Below, one piece after another: positions 19,423 through 29,370 of a stretch of 64,000 bases of DNA. A program made the position numbers and the translations under genes. Source of the DNA: Escherichia virus TH44; the sequence record MT446415.1, one strand, 5' to 3'. The notes under the pieces were generated by a model, which did no database searches, had not been told where the DNA came from, and saw only the letters and a list, made by a program, of their open reading frames with translations. Within the stretch, counting starts at the first letter, position 1. Each line of letters opens with the position of its first letter.

Positions 19423-20382
19423 ATGTTAACGGTTAATGACAAAGAATTCATGTGGGAACAAAAATACCGCCCAGGTACATTATCAGAGTGTATTCTCCCG
19501 GCTCATGATAAAGAAACATTAGAGGCGATTGTTAAAAAAGGTTTGATTCCTAACTTGATTCTGGTCAGTAGTTCTCCTGGCACTGGTAAGACAACAGTTG
19601 CAAAAGCTATGTGCGCAGATACGAATTCTGATATGCTGTTTGTTAACGGCTCCGATTGTCGAATTGACTTTGTGCGTAATGAATTGACTCGCTTTGCATC
19701 ATCCAAATCAATCGAAGGTCGCCGCAAGGTAATCGTTATCGATGAGTTTGACCGTGCAGGTCTGGCTGAATCACAACGACACCTCCGTAGCTTTATGGAA
19801 GCTTATTCAAGCAACTGTTCAATCATTATGACCGCGAACAATATTGATGGTATCATCACTCCGTTGCAGTCTCGTTGTCGCGTCATTAAGTTCGGTGAAG
19901 CAACTCCGGCTGACCAGACTACCATGATGAAAGAGATGATTCATCGTGCAGTTGCGGTATGTAAAAACGAAGGCGTTGAAATCGAAGACCTGAAAGTTGT
20001 TGCTGCTCTGGTTAAGCATAACTTCCCGGACCTGCGTAAGACAATTAACGAGCTTGACCGTTACTCTGCAAAGGGTGTTATCGATTCTGGTATTCTGAGT
20101 ATCGTGACAAACAATCGCACACCAATTGATGATGTGATTGATGCCCTTAAGGACCGTAACTTTAAAGTTCTCCGTGGCCTGGCTCCTAAGCATGCAAATG
20201 ATTATTCAAGCTTCATTGCAAAGCTGGCTGATGAAATGTATGGTAAACTGACTGGTGCAAGTATCATCCGCATGTATGAGATTGTAGGTGAGAATAATCA
20301 GTACCATGGCATTGCGGCCAATACCGAAGTACACTTGACTTATCTGTTTGCTCAACTGGCTGGGGAAATGAAATGGCTGTAA
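19423..20382 (+). CDS. 44: clamp loader large subunit gp44 (AAA+)
   Basis: 319 aa; Walker A 'SPGTGKTT', Walker B 'VIVIDEFD'. Confidence 0.93.
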   Translation: MLTVNDKEFMWEQKYRPGTLSECILPAHDKETLEAIVKKGLIPNLILVSSSPGTGKTTVAKAMCADTNSDMLFVNGSDCRIDFVRNELTRFASSKSIEGRRKVIVIDEFDRAGLAESQRHLRSFMEAYSSNCSIIMTANNIDGIITPLQSRCRVIKFGEATPADQTTMMKEMIHRAVAVCKNEGVEIEDLKVVAALVKHNFPDLRKTINELDRYSAKGVIDSGILSIVTNNRTPIDDVIDALKDRNFKVLRGLAPKHANDYSSFIAKLADEMYGKLTGASIIRMYEIVGENNQYHGIAANTEVHLTYLFAQLAGEMKWL

Positions 20383-20951
20383 GTCTCTTTGATGATGACG
20401 TTCAATTAAACGAACATGAGGTTGCGTGGAAATCACGCGACTTTAACAAAATTCAGGAATTGTCCGATTCATACAAAGAGAAAGCAGAAAATGAATTGTT
20501 CGCGATTCTTAACGACATAACCGTTAGCAAAAAACCACGGAACCTGATTCAATCAGAAAACTACAATAAATTCTGGCTGGATAACGCATTGAGTCAACAT
20601 GTTGATTGCATCATGCAGGTGAACGTGATGAACTTAATCGGTTCCGGGTTAACAGACCAGCAGCATTATAATTATTTGCTGCATGCAGTTCCACAAGGCA
20701 AGCGTTATGGCAAATGGGCCAAGGCTGAACCGGATGTAGTCAACGTCCAGCTTGTGCTCAAGCTTTTAATGAAATATTATACAATTAATGCAGATGATGC
20801 TTTGATGTATATGGAAACATTGAAAGTCAAAGGTAGTCTTAAAGATGTTTTGAAAAAGACAAAAGGTCTGGTGACGGATGAATTCTTAAAGACCGTTACC
20901 AGTAATGTGAAAGAACAAAAAGAAATTAAAAAACAAATATTGGAATGGTAA
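20373..20951 (+). CDS. 62: clamp loader small subunit gp62
   Basis: 192 aa; overlaps 44 stop, directly upstream of regA. Confidence 0.85.
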   Translation: MAVSLFDDDVQLNEHEVAWKSRDFNKIQELSDSYKEKAENELFAILNDITVSKKPRNLIQSENYNKFWLDNALSQHVDCIMQVNVMNLIGSGLTDQQHYNYLLHAVPQGKRYGKWAKAEPDVVNVQLVLKLLMKYYTINADDALMYMETLKVKGSLKDVLKKTKGLVTDEFLKTVTSNVKEQKEIKKQILEW

Positions 20952-20952
20952 A

Positions 20953-21321
20953 ATGATTGAAATTACATTAAAGCAACCTGAAGACTTCCTGAAAGTTAAA
21001 GAAACTCTGACCCGTATGGGCATCGCAAATAATAAAGACCGTGTGCTGTACCAGAGCTGCCACATCCTCCAGAAGCAAGGTCGTTATTATATTGTTCACT
21101 TCAAAGAAATGCTGCGCATGGATGGTCGTCAGGTTGATATTGACGGCGAAGACTACCAGCGCCGTGATTCCATTGCTCAACTGCTCGAAGACTGGGGCTT
21201 AATCGCTATTAAAGAAGAAGAGCATAATGAATTGTTCGCAGTAACAAATAACTTCCGTGTTATCTCATTCAAACAAAAAGACGACTGGAAGCTCGTAGCC
21301 AAATATACAATTGGTAATTGA
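20953..21321 (+). CDS. regA: translational repressor RegA
   Basis: 122 aa; matches T4 RegA as recalled (MIEITLK.PEDFLKVKETLTRMGIANNKD). Confidence 0.9.
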   Translation: MIEITLKQPEDFLKVKETLTRMGIANNKDRVLYQSCHILQKQGRYYIVHFKEMLRMDGRQVDIDGEDYQRRDSIAQLLEDWGLIAIKEEEHNELFAVTNNFRVISFKQKDDWKLVAKYTIGN

Positions 21322-21538
21322 TATGAAGCATGAAATTGAAACATGTGAACGCCTTAAAGAAGTATACGGACTTTCCCCAACTCAAACTATTTTTGACCTT
21401 TCCGAAGAACTTCAAATAGAATTTCAAAAGGAACTCAATAAATTATTGCATCCTGGTCAGAGAGTCTTCCAGGCTATGGTTAGAACTAAAGATGAAACTG
21501 GTAATCCGACTATCGAACGTCGTACAATAGAAATTTAA
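21311..21538 (+). CDS. hypothetical protein
   Basis: 75 aa between regA and 43. Confidence 0.45.
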   Translation: MVIDMKHEIETCERLKEVYGLSPTQTIFDLSEELQIEFQKELNKLLHPGQRVFQAMVRTKDETGNPTIERRTIEI

Positions 21539-21543
21539 AGCAA

Positions 21544-21563
21544 AGGGACTTCGGTCCCTTTTG
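21544..21563 (+). terminator. rho-independent terminator
   Basis: agggac-ttcg-gtccct + TTTT, followed by TATAAT. Confidence 0.65.
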
Positions 21564-21623
21564 TAGTATAATAGCGTCAAGTCATAAAACAAAAGTCAAT
21601 CACTCGACTATAAAGGAAACCAA

Positions 21624-24338
21624 ATGCAAGAATTTTATTTAACTATCGAACAAATTGGTGACAATCTGCTCGAACGATACATTGACAAGAACGGTCATGA
21701 ACGTGTTCGTGAAATCCCTTATGCTCCATGCTTGTTTATGCACGCCCGGGAAGGTCAGGCTGCAAAGTATACAGACATCTATAATAAAGGTTGTGTGAAA
21801 AAAGAATTCGATTCCATGCGTGATGCGTCCCAGTGGATGAAGCGAATGAATGACATGGGTCTCGAAGCTATGGGTATGGATGACTTTAAACTCGCATACT
21901 TGTCCGACCGTTACCCGCACGAAATCAAATATGATTCAAGTAAAATCCGTGTTGCTAACTTCGATATCGAGGTGACATCTCCCGATGGGTTCCCTGAACC
22001 GTCTGAAGCACGTCACCCTATTGATGCCCTGACGCACTATGATTCGGTAGACGATAAATTCTATGTCTTTGACCTTTTGGGCTCACCATACGCCACTGTG
22101 GAGCAATGGTCTATTGATATTGCTGCTAAGCTACAGGAAGACGGCGGTGATGAAGTCCCTGAAGAAATCCTGGAAAAAATTGTTTATATGGCTTTCGATT
22201 CAGAAGAAGAAATGCTCCAGCAGTATTTGGTATTCTGGAACGAGAAAACTCCGGTTATGCTAACTGGTTGGAACATCGAGAAGTTTGATATTCCATATAT
22301 CTACAACCGCCTTAAAAATATATTTGGTGAAGCTACAGCAAAACGTCTGAGCCCACATCGTCGTACAAAAGTTAAGGTCATTAACAACGGCTTTGGTGAA
22401 GAACAAGAAATCATTCAGATTCTGGGTATCTCTGTTCTGGATTATCTGGACCTGTATAAAAAGTTCAGCTTCACAAACCAACCGTCTTATTCGTTGGATT
22501 ATGTTGCGGAATCTGAACTTGGTGTTGGTAAACTCCCGTATGATGGCCCGATTTCTAAACTGCGTGAATCAAATCACCAGCGGTATATTTCTTATAACAT
22601 CATCGACGTTTATCGTGTTGTGCAGATTGACCGTAAGCGGCAGTTTATTAACCTGAGCCAGTCAATGGGTTATTATGCAAAAATGCAGATTCAGTCTGTA
22701 TTCAGCCCAATCAAAACTTGGGATGCGATTATCTTTAACAGCCTGAAGACTCAAAACAAAGTCATTCCGGAAACCAAATCGCATGTTCGTCAATCGTTCC
22801 CTGGTGCATTTGTTAAGGAACCGATTCCGAACGCATACAAATATGTAATGAGCTGTGACTTAACATCTCTGTATCCGAGCATTATCCGACAGATTAACAT
22901 CAGTCCAGAAACGATTGCCGGTTCATTTGCACCAGCCCAGATGTATGAATACATCGCAGGAACTGCTGACCGTCCATCTGATACATTTAGTTGTGCTCCA
23001 AATGGTATGATGTATTTTAAAGATGTTGCGGGTATTATTCCGACAGAAGTCACCAAGGTGTTTAATCAGCGTAAAGAACACAAAGGCTATATGCTTGCGG
23101 CTCAACGTAATGGTGAACTGATTAAGGAAGCTCTGCGTAATCCAGGAACGGGTACAACCGAGCCTGAAGTTGATTATCGTTATGACTTTGATGACAATAT
23201 GAAAACGGCCCTGCATGGTCTGAATCAAACAGTCCTGAATGGTATGCTGTACAAAGCGCAGATGGAAGAAGTTGCAGGCATGACCGCACAGATTAACCGT
23301 AAACTGCTTATCAACAGTTGTTATGGCGCTCTGGGCAATATCTGGTTCCGTTACTTTGACCTGCGAAATGCGACCGCGATTACATCTTTCGGACAACTTG
23401 CATTGCAGTGGATTGAGCGTAAAGTTAACGAATACTTCGATAGTGTTTGTGGGACAAGCGGCGAAACTTATGTGTTCTATGGCGATACTGACTCCATTTA
23501 TATCCAGTGCGATAACCTTATTAAAAAGGTTGGTGGTGAATCTAAATTCCGTGATACAAACCACCTGGTTGACTTCATGGACAAGTTTGCGAAAGACCGC
23601 CTGGAACCGGCAATCGATAAAGCTTTCCGTGAGCTGGCTGAATACATGAACAACAAACAGCATCTTATGTTTATGGACCGTGAAGCGATTGCATGTCCTC
23701 CGCTGGGTTCTAAAGGTGTGGGTGGATTCTGGACGGCGAAGAAACGTTATGCGCTGAACGTGTACGATATGGAAGGCACACGTTATGCTGTTCCGAAATT
23801 GAAAATCATGGGTCTGGAAACTCAAAAGTCGAGTACTCCAAAGGCATGTCAGAAAGCTCTGAAAGAATGTATCCGCCGTATGCTGCAAGAAGGTGAAGAA
23901 TCCCTGCAGACATACTTCAAGGAATTCAATAAGGAATTTAATGAGCTTAACTATATGACCATCGCGGGTGTATCATCGGTTAACAACATCCAGAAATATA
24001 ATGAAGGTGGTTTCCCTGGATTTAAGTGCCCGGCTCATATCAAAGGTGTGCTTGCATATATGCGTGCAACTAAAGGTCTGAAGACTGTTCCGCAAATCAT
24101 GGAAGGGGAAAAGGTGTATGTACTTCCTCTTAAAGTCGGCAACCCGTTTGGTGAAACCGTGATTGCATGGCCATCTGGGATTGAACTCCCGATTGAAATC
24201 CGTGACCAGGTTCTGCAGTGGATGGATTACAGTGCTTTGTTCCAGAAGACTTTTGTTAAGCCGTTATCAGGTTTCTCTGAAGCTGCAAAGGTTGATTACG
24301 AAAAGAAAGCAACTCTTTTTGACATGTTCGACTTTTAA
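21624..24338 (+). CDS. 43: DNA polymerase gp43 (family B)
   Basis: 904 aa; exonuclease 'FDIE', polymerase 'YGDTDS' motifs; uninterrupted. Confidence 0.96.
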   Translation: MQEFYLTIEQIGDNLLERYIDKNGHERVREIPYAPCLFMHAREGQAAKYTDIYNKGCVKKEFDSMRDASQWMKRMNDMGLEAMGMDDFKLAYLSDRYPHEIKYDSSKIRVANFDIEVTSPDGFPEPSEARHPIDALTHYDSVDDKFYVFDLLGSPYATVEQWSIDIAAKLQEDGGDEVPEEILEKIVYMAFDSEEEMLQQYLVFWNEKTPVMLTGWNIEKFDIPYIYNRLKNIFGEATAKRLSPHRRTKVKVINNGFGEEQEIIQILGISVLDYLDLYKKFSFTNQPSYSLDYVAESELGVGKLPYDGPISKLRESNHQRYISYNIIDVYRVVQIDRKRQFINLSQSMGYYAKMQIQSVFSPIKTWDAIIFNSLKTQNKVIPETKSHVRQSFPGAFVKEPIPNAYKYVMSCDLTSLYPSIIRQINISPETIAGSFAPAQMYEYIAGTADRPSDTFSCAPNGMMYFKDVAGIIPTEVTKVFNQRKEHKGYMLAAQRNGELIKEALRNPGTGTTEPEVDYRYDFDDNMKTALHGLNQTVLNGMLYKAQMEEVAGMTAQINRKLLINSCYGALGNIWFRYFDLRNATAITSFGQLALQWIERKVNEYFDSVCGTSGETYVFYGDTDSIYIQCDNLIKKVGGESKFRDTNHLVDFMDKFAKDRLEPAIDKAFRELAEYMNNKQHLMFMDREAIACPPLGSKGVGGFWTAKKRYALNVYDMEGTRYAVPKLKIMGLETQKSSTPKACQKALKECIRRMLQEGEESLQTYFKEFNKEFNELNYMTIAGVSSVNNIQKYNEGGFPGFKCPAHIKGVLAYMRATKGLKTVPQIMEGEKVYVLPLKVGNPFGETVIAWPSGIELPIEIRDQVLQWMDYSALFQKTFVKPLSGFSEAAKVDYEKKATLFDMFDF

Positions 24339-24407
24339 GTGTTTACAACGGCAATGGATTGCCGTATTATTACCTCATCAACTGATGAATAACTTAAGGA
24401 TATTAAA

Positions 24408-24650
24408 ATGGAAACATTAATTGCGGGTACTGTTGTTCTTGGTGCAGGTTCTTTCTTCCTGGCTGCACTGGCATATTTTCTGCCGTGGATTATCGCGCTG
24501 CTGCGTGGTACCAAAAGTAATTGTGGAATCTTCTTTGTTAACCTCCTGATAGGTTGGACAATGGTCGGATGGTTTATTGCATTTATCTGGGCACTCGTTG
24601 CTGAACGTAAATCAAACGCACAAGTAATTATCATCAAGGAAGCAAAATGA
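24408..24650 (+). CDS. small membrane protein (position of T4 imm)
   Basis: 80 aa, two transmembrane helices; homology to Imm not established. Confidence 0.5.
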   Translation: METLIAGTVVLGAGSFFLAALAYFLPWIIALLRGTKSNCGIFFVNLLIGWTMVGWFIAFIWALVAERKSNAQVIIIKEAK

Positions 24651-24798
24651 AGATAATTACAATTATTGTACTGATTGCATTTTTTAGTATGTCAATCTAT
24701 TGGGCAATAATGACTCCACATATGATTCCAACTTTAATTTTGGGTTGGGTATTTTTGGGGCTCCAAGCCCGCTATGAATGTTTTAATTAGGAAGCAAA

Positions 24799-25302
24799 AT
24801 GAAAAAGTTAGCTATCGCAGCTGTTATGCTGCTATCTGGTTGTGCTTACCAGGGTGATGTTGTTAATGCCAACGAGATTGGTAAAGCGCGAATTGCTGCA
24901 GACCGTCAGGTGCATAATGGTTCCTTTGATTTCAAAGGTGGTACTGGACTTATCTACAAACGCGACAACAATCAATGTGGAAACAACTGCGCGAAATATG
25001 CTCAACAAGAAATTGAGTACAAACGCGAGCAAGCTGCGAAGCATGACGAAATCATTGCCAAGCTGGAAGCAGAAACCAAGCGACAAAATGACCTGGATAC
25101 TGTTAACCAGATTTCACAGGTCTGCATGTCATATATCAATATGCAGATAAACATCATGCGCGCAGAAGCTTATCAGGCAGCGGAGACGGGTTCTCCAAAA
25201 GCTAATGAGTACCGCGATATGTATCAGCGTTCTGCTCAAAACCGTCTGAGCTATATTAATAAATGTGTAGCTAAAGAGAAAGCACGCCAAGGTATTAACT
25301 GA
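24799..25302 (+). CDS. putative lipoprotein
   Basis: 167 aa; signal peptide with lipobox 'LLSGC'. Confidence 0.55.
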   Translation: MKKLAIAAVMLLSGCAYQGDVVNANEIGKARIAADRQVHNGSFDFKGGTGLIYKRDNNQCGNNCAKYAQQEIEYKREQAAKHDEIIAKLEAETKRQNDLDTVNQISQVCMSYINMQINIMRAEAYQAAETGSPKANEYRDMYQRSAQNRLSYINKCVAKEKARQGIN

Positions 25303-25566
25303 TGTTATTATTACTTCTGATTGTTGTAACAGTAATTGGTTTGTTGCTATTAGAAAAGCGTAATAAGCATTTGGCTGAAGAAAACTGGAAACGTGGTAAC
25401 GTTTACTAAATTACTCTGAACTGCGAGAAAAATATTATGATTGGTGCGCTATTGATTAGTCTGTGGCTGTTGTCTGCATTTGGTATTGGTTTTATGTACT
25501 GGTGGGACAAACGTCAGACCCGGAAGATTGTTGAACGTGCAATTAATCGTGGTTTCAATCGTTAAT

Positions 25567-25591
25567 TGCTCTAAAAATACAGTGATATAAT
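25567..25591 (+). promoter_or_regulatory. middle-type promoter upstream of uvsX
   Basis: TGCTCTA box, 12-bp spacer, TATAAT. Confidence 0.4.
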
Positions 25592-25644
25592 TATCCTATC
25601 TTAAACCTGTGAGAAAAATATAATGGTGCCTATGGAAAAAATGA

Positions 25645-26823
25645 ATGTCTATTGCAGATTTGAAATCCCGTTTGATTAAAGCTTCTACATCCAAAATGAC
25701 CGCGACTCTTACCAAGTCCAAGTTTTTTAATGATAAAGATGTAGTTCGTACAAAAATCCCGATGCTGAACATTGCAATCAGCGGTGCACTAGATGGTGGT
25801 ATGCAGTCAGGTTTGACTATTTTTGCTGGTCCGTCAAAACACTTTAAATCCAATATGGGTTTAACGATGGTCTCTGCATATATGAACAAATACCCCGATG
25901 CAATCTGTTTGTTCTATGATTCAGAATTTGGTATCACAGAAGCATATCTTCGTGCAATGAAAGTTGACCCGGAACGTGTTATCCATACACCAATCCAGTC
26001 GGTTGAACAATTGAAAGTTGATATGGTTAACCAGCTTGAAGCAATTGAGCGTGGTGAAAAAGTCATTATCTTTATTGACTCAATCGGTAACATGGCGTCG
26101 AAAAAAGAAACAGAAGATGCGATGAACGAAAAAGTCGTTGGCGATATGACCCGTGCTAAATCCTTGAAATCTCTATTCCGTATTGTTACTCCGTATTTTA
26201 GTATCAAGGATATTCCTTGTGTCGCGGTTAACCATACAATCGAGACGATTGAGATGTACAGCAAAACCGTTATGACTGGTGGTACTGGTGTTATGTATTC
26301 TGCTGATACCGTATTCATTATCGGTAAACGCCAGATTAAAGAAACCGGTAAAGAACTTGAAGGTTTCCAATTTGTTCTGAACGCCGAAAAATCTCGTATG
26401 GTCAAAGAGAAAAGTAAATTCTTCATTGATGTAAAATTCGATGGTGGGATTGACCCGTATTCTGGCCTGCTTGATATGGCAATGGAAATCGGATTTGTGG
26501 TGAAACCGAAAGTTGGTTGGTATAACCGTGAATATCTTGATGTTGAGACCGGTGAAATGGTCCGCGAAGAAAAATCATGGCGTGCAAAAGATACCAACTG
26601 TACTGAATTCTGGGGCCCGTTGTTCAAGCACGAACCTTTCCGTGACGCAATCAAACGTCATTACCAGCTGGGTGCAATCGATAGCAATGCTGTTGTTGAT
26701 GCCGAAGTTGATGCGCTTATTGCCTCCAAGGTTGAAAAATACTCCGCTCCTGAAGGTAAGACAAAACCGTCCGCGGCAGATATCGAAAACGATTTAGATA
26801 TGATGGAAGACCTTGATGAATGA
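25645..26823 (+). CDS. uvsX: RecA-like recombinase UvsX
   Basis: 392 aa; matches T4 UvsX as recalled (DLKSRLIKASTSK...GPSKHFKSN). Confidence 0.95.
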   Translation: MSIADLKSRLIKASTSKMTATLTKSKFFNDKDVVRTKIPMLNIAISGALDGGMQSGLTIFAGPSKHFKSNMGLTMVSAYMNKYPDAICLFYDSEFGITEAYLRAMKVDPERVIHTPIQSVEQLKVDMVNQLEAIERGEKVIIFIDSIGNMASKKETEDAMNEKVVGDMTRAKSLKSLFRIVTPYFSIKDIPCVAVNHTIETIEMYSKTVMTGGTGVMYSADTVFIIGKRQIKETGKELEGFQFVLNAEKSRMVKEKSKFFIDVKFDGGIDPYSGLLDMAMEIGFVVKPKVGWYNREYLDVETGEMVREEKSWRAKDTNCTEFWGPLFKHEPFRDAIKRHYQLGAIDSNAVVDAEVDALIASKVEKYSAPEGKTKPSAADIENDLDMMEDLDE

Positions 26824-27157
26824 TATCGATTTATCTGATTTAGATAATTTCGAGAAAGATGCGGAGGGAGCTAAGGCTCCTTCTGTACCTTACTACGAAA
26901 AAAGTTTGGAGATTATCCGGCAATCCATGGGAACCGTACGACAGGAAATTCTGTTATCACTCCCTGATGGGTCCAGTCACATTGTGTACGTAACCGGAAT
27001 TAAAATTGAACCATCTGGAAAAGTTTCAGTTGATTTCGGCACCCCTTCTGAAGACCGCAAAGCGGAGCTTGCAGTGCATGTAGAAAAGTGTGTTACAATG
27101 CAAATACAAGATGAAATTGATAAGATTAAAATGAAAAAGAGGTGGTGGAAGTGGTAG
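26813..27157 (+). CDS. hypothetical protein (position of T4 gene 40)
   Basis: 114 aa between uvsX and 41. Confidence 0.5.
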   Translation: MMNDIDLSDLDNFEKDAEGAKAPSVPYYEKSLEIIRQSMGTVRQEILLSLPDGSSHIVYVTGIKIEPSGKVSVDFGTPSEDRKAELAVHVEKCVTMQIQDEIDKIKMKKRWWKW

Positions 27158-28581
27158 AAACTATTTTATCCCAGCTACTCTTTAACAAGGAATATTTTGT
27201 TAAAGTCTGGCCATATCTGAATAACACATATTTTGAAAAGGGTCCTGCAAAGACCCTTTTTAATACGATTAACGAACACGTAAAAGAATATCAAGCGGTA
27301 CCAACTAAGACTGCACTTGATATCGCGCTCGACAGTTCTGACCTTTCTGAAGTCGAATATGAAGGCACAAAGAAACTCTTAGGAGTCCTGGCCGATACTC
27401 CAGAAGACCAGGAATGGTTGGTTAAAGAAACCGAGAAGTATGTGCAGAAGTCTGCGATGTTCAATGCCACATCCAGGATTATCGAAATCCAGAGTAATGC
27501 CGAACTTCCGAAAGACAAACGTGATAAACGAATCCCGGATATTGGCGCTATCCCCGACATCATGCGCGATGCATTGTCTATCTGTTTTGACTCTGCTCTG
27601 GGTCATGACTGGTTAAACGATTACGAAGCTCGATTCCAGACTTATCTGAACAAATCGAAGAAGGTTCCGTTCCGTATTAACATCCTGAATAAAATCACAA
27701 AGGGTGGGGTTGAGTACGGTACAGAGAACGTTTTACTGGCCGGGACAAACGTCGGGAAATCCCTTGGACTTTGTTCGTTAGCGGCTGACTATCTTCAGAC
27801 TGGCCATAATGTGCTTTATATAAGCATGGAAATGGCAGAAGAAGTATGTGCCAAGCGTATTGACGCCAACTTGCTGGATGTATCTCTGGATGATATTGAT
27901 GAAGGTCATATATCGTGGGCAGAATACAAAGCTAAGATGGAAAAATGGCGTGCAGCAGGGACTCTTGGGACTCTGAAGATAAAACAATATCCAACTGGCG
28001 GTGCTCATGCGGATACCTTTCGTGCATTGCTGAATGAATACAAACTGAAGCAAGGGTTTGTGCCGGATGTGATTATTGTTGACTACCTAGCAATCTGTGC
28101 AAGCTCAAGACTGAAAACGTTTACCGAAAACAGTTACGGTCTGATTAAGATGGTTGCAGAAGAACTTCGTGGTCTGGCGGTCGAGAAAAATGTGGTCCTG
28201 TGGACTGCAGCACAGACAACCAGGGGTGCGAACGTTGCAGCTGAGATTGATATGGCTGACATCGCAGAATCATTTGGTATTGCTCACACGGCCGACTTTA
28301 TGTTGGGTGTTGTTGAGACCGAAGAATTCGCTCAAATGGGACTACAGTTAATCAAACAGCTTAAGTCTCGTTATGGCGATAAGAACTACTATAATAAATT
28401 CAAGATGGGTGTTAAGAAAGGTAATCAGCGCTGGTATGAGGTTGATGATGATTCAGCTCCTAAACAAGGCCCTACGGTTAAAGAAGCCACTGGTGAGATG
28501 AATCGCCAGGCTGAAATGAATAGACAAACCAGGGTCAACAGGAGCGACCTGGACGACCTTGCTGCTCAAATGAAATTCTAA
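27142..28581 (+). CDS. 41: replicative DNA helicase gp41 (DnaB-like)
   Basis: 479 aa; Walker A 'GTNVGKSLG', RecA-like core. Confidence 0.94.
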   Translation: MVEVVETILSQLLFNKEYFVKVWPYLNNTYFEKGPAKTLFNTINEHVKEYQAVPTKTALDIALDSSDLSEVEYEGTKKLLGVLADTPEDQEWLVKETEKYVQKSAMFNATSRIIEIQSNAELPKDKRDKRIPDIGAIPDIMRDALSICFDSALGHDWLNDYEARFQTYLNKSKKVPFRINILNKITKGGVEYGTENVLLAGTNVGKSLGLCSLAADYLQTGHNVLYISMEMAEEVCAKRIDANLLDVSLDDIDEGHISWAEYKAKMEKWRAAGTLGTLKIKQYPTGGAHADTFRALLNEYKLKQGFVPDVIIVDYLAICASSRLKTFTENSYGLIKMVAEELRGLAVEKNVVLWTAAQTTRGANVAAEIDMADIAESFGIAHTADFMLGVVETEEFAQMGLQLIKQLKSRYGDKNYYNKFKMGVKKGNQRWYEVDDDSAPKQGPTVKEATGEMNRQAEMNRQTRVNRSDLDDLAAQMKF

Positions 28582-28600
28582 AGACCTTCGGGTCTTTTTC
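28581..28600 (+). terminator. rho-independent terminator
   Basis: agacc-ttcg-ggtct + TTTTT. Confidence 0.7.
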
Positions 28601-28670
28601 ATTTAGGGGGTTTACATCCTCATAAAAGGGGTGTACTATTATCCCATCAACTACTGATGAGGATAATAAA

Positions 28671-28919
28671 ATGTTATTAGTTAATGTGCATTACCAGTTC
28701 AAATCTGAAGAAGCTCTCCAAAAGTATGCTGACATTTGTGAGCATAATAAAAGAACAGCTGCCATTGTTGGTCTGAAGCCTTTTAAAATTTTGGATTGCT
28801 CCTTGAACAGAGCAAGGCGCTGGTGTAGTGTTGCCTGTCATGCTTCAGTTGAAGGGAATGATTATTTTTTCATTACTTTCAATGCACAAGATTTTCATTT
28901 AATTAATGAATTAAAATAG
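28671..28919 (+). CDS. hypothetical cysteine-containing protein
   Basis: 82 aa; class-B leader upstream. Confidence 0.5.
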   Translation: MLLVNVHYQFKSEEALQKYADICEHNKRTAAIVGLKPFKILDCSLNRARRWCSVACHASVEGNDYFFITFNAQDFHLINELK

Positions 28920-28948
28920 TGTACAAACCCCTTGTCTTAGGACATAAT
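28920..28948 (+). promoter_or_regulatory. early-type promoter with class-A leader
   Basis: TGTACA-17-CATAAT then 'CCATACTGAGTTACACAA'. Confidence 0.6.
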
Positions 28949-28998
28949 GATTCCATACTGAGTTACACAATAAACCAACTGTTAAAAAGGAAAACCAT

Positions 28999-29301
28999 AT
29001 GTTTAATCAAACCGATATGAACCGTTACTATTTTGGTCAGTTCGCTCGCCGTGATGAAAACTGTGCTGCTCTTATCGCATCAGGCATTCAAACTGGTAAA
29101 TTAATAAAGCTCAAAAGCGATGTTCAACCTTCATCTGTTCGCAGCTCTCTTCGTGAGTATCTGCTTGCAGGCGGTGAAGTGTACGTCATCGCTGAACCTT
29201 TTGTTAACGTGTGTGATGATTACACAATTAGTGTGACTGTTATGCACCCAACTACTGGGAAAATTCGTTGTCTGACTATGCACAACTATGAGTTGGCGTA
29301 A
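28999..29301 (+). CDS. hypothetical protein
   Basis: 100 aa ORF. Confidence 0.5.
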   Translation: MFNQTDMNRYYFGQFARRDENCAALIASGIQTGKLIKLKSDVQPSSVRSSLREYLLAGGEVYVIAEPFVNVCDDYTISVTVMHPTTGKIRCLTMHNYELA

Positions 29302-29310
29302 GTGAACAAA

Positions 29311-29332
29311 AGGGGCTTACAGCCCCTTTTTC
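29311..29332 (+). terminator. rho-independent terminator
   Basis: aggggc-ttaca-gcccct + TTTTT. Confidence 0.65.
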
Positions 29333-29370
29333 TTATGTTATAATGACTCTATCAACTACTGGAGAATAAA

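Noticed and set aside
22923-23888. 321-aa minus-strand ORF inside DNA polymerase gene 43 (similar antisense ORFs at 43799..44785 in gene 39, 25914..26654 in uvsX, 14908..15282 in gene 47 and 9986..10546)
   Set aside because: They lie entirely antisense to confidently identified genes, have low-complexity composition typical of AT-rich antisense frames, and lack SD sequences.
21624-24338. Looked for introns or inteins in gene 43 and a translational bypass in gene 39
   Set aside because: Both reading frames are continuous and of expected length; no internal stops or insertions were seen.
28641-28670. Hammerhead-ribozyme-like 'CUGAUGAGGA' in the class-B leaders
   Set aside because: There is no GAAAC element, no three-stem architecture and no cleavage-site context. 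The GAGGA is positioned 7-9 nt before each ATG, as expected for a Shine-Dalgarno sequence.
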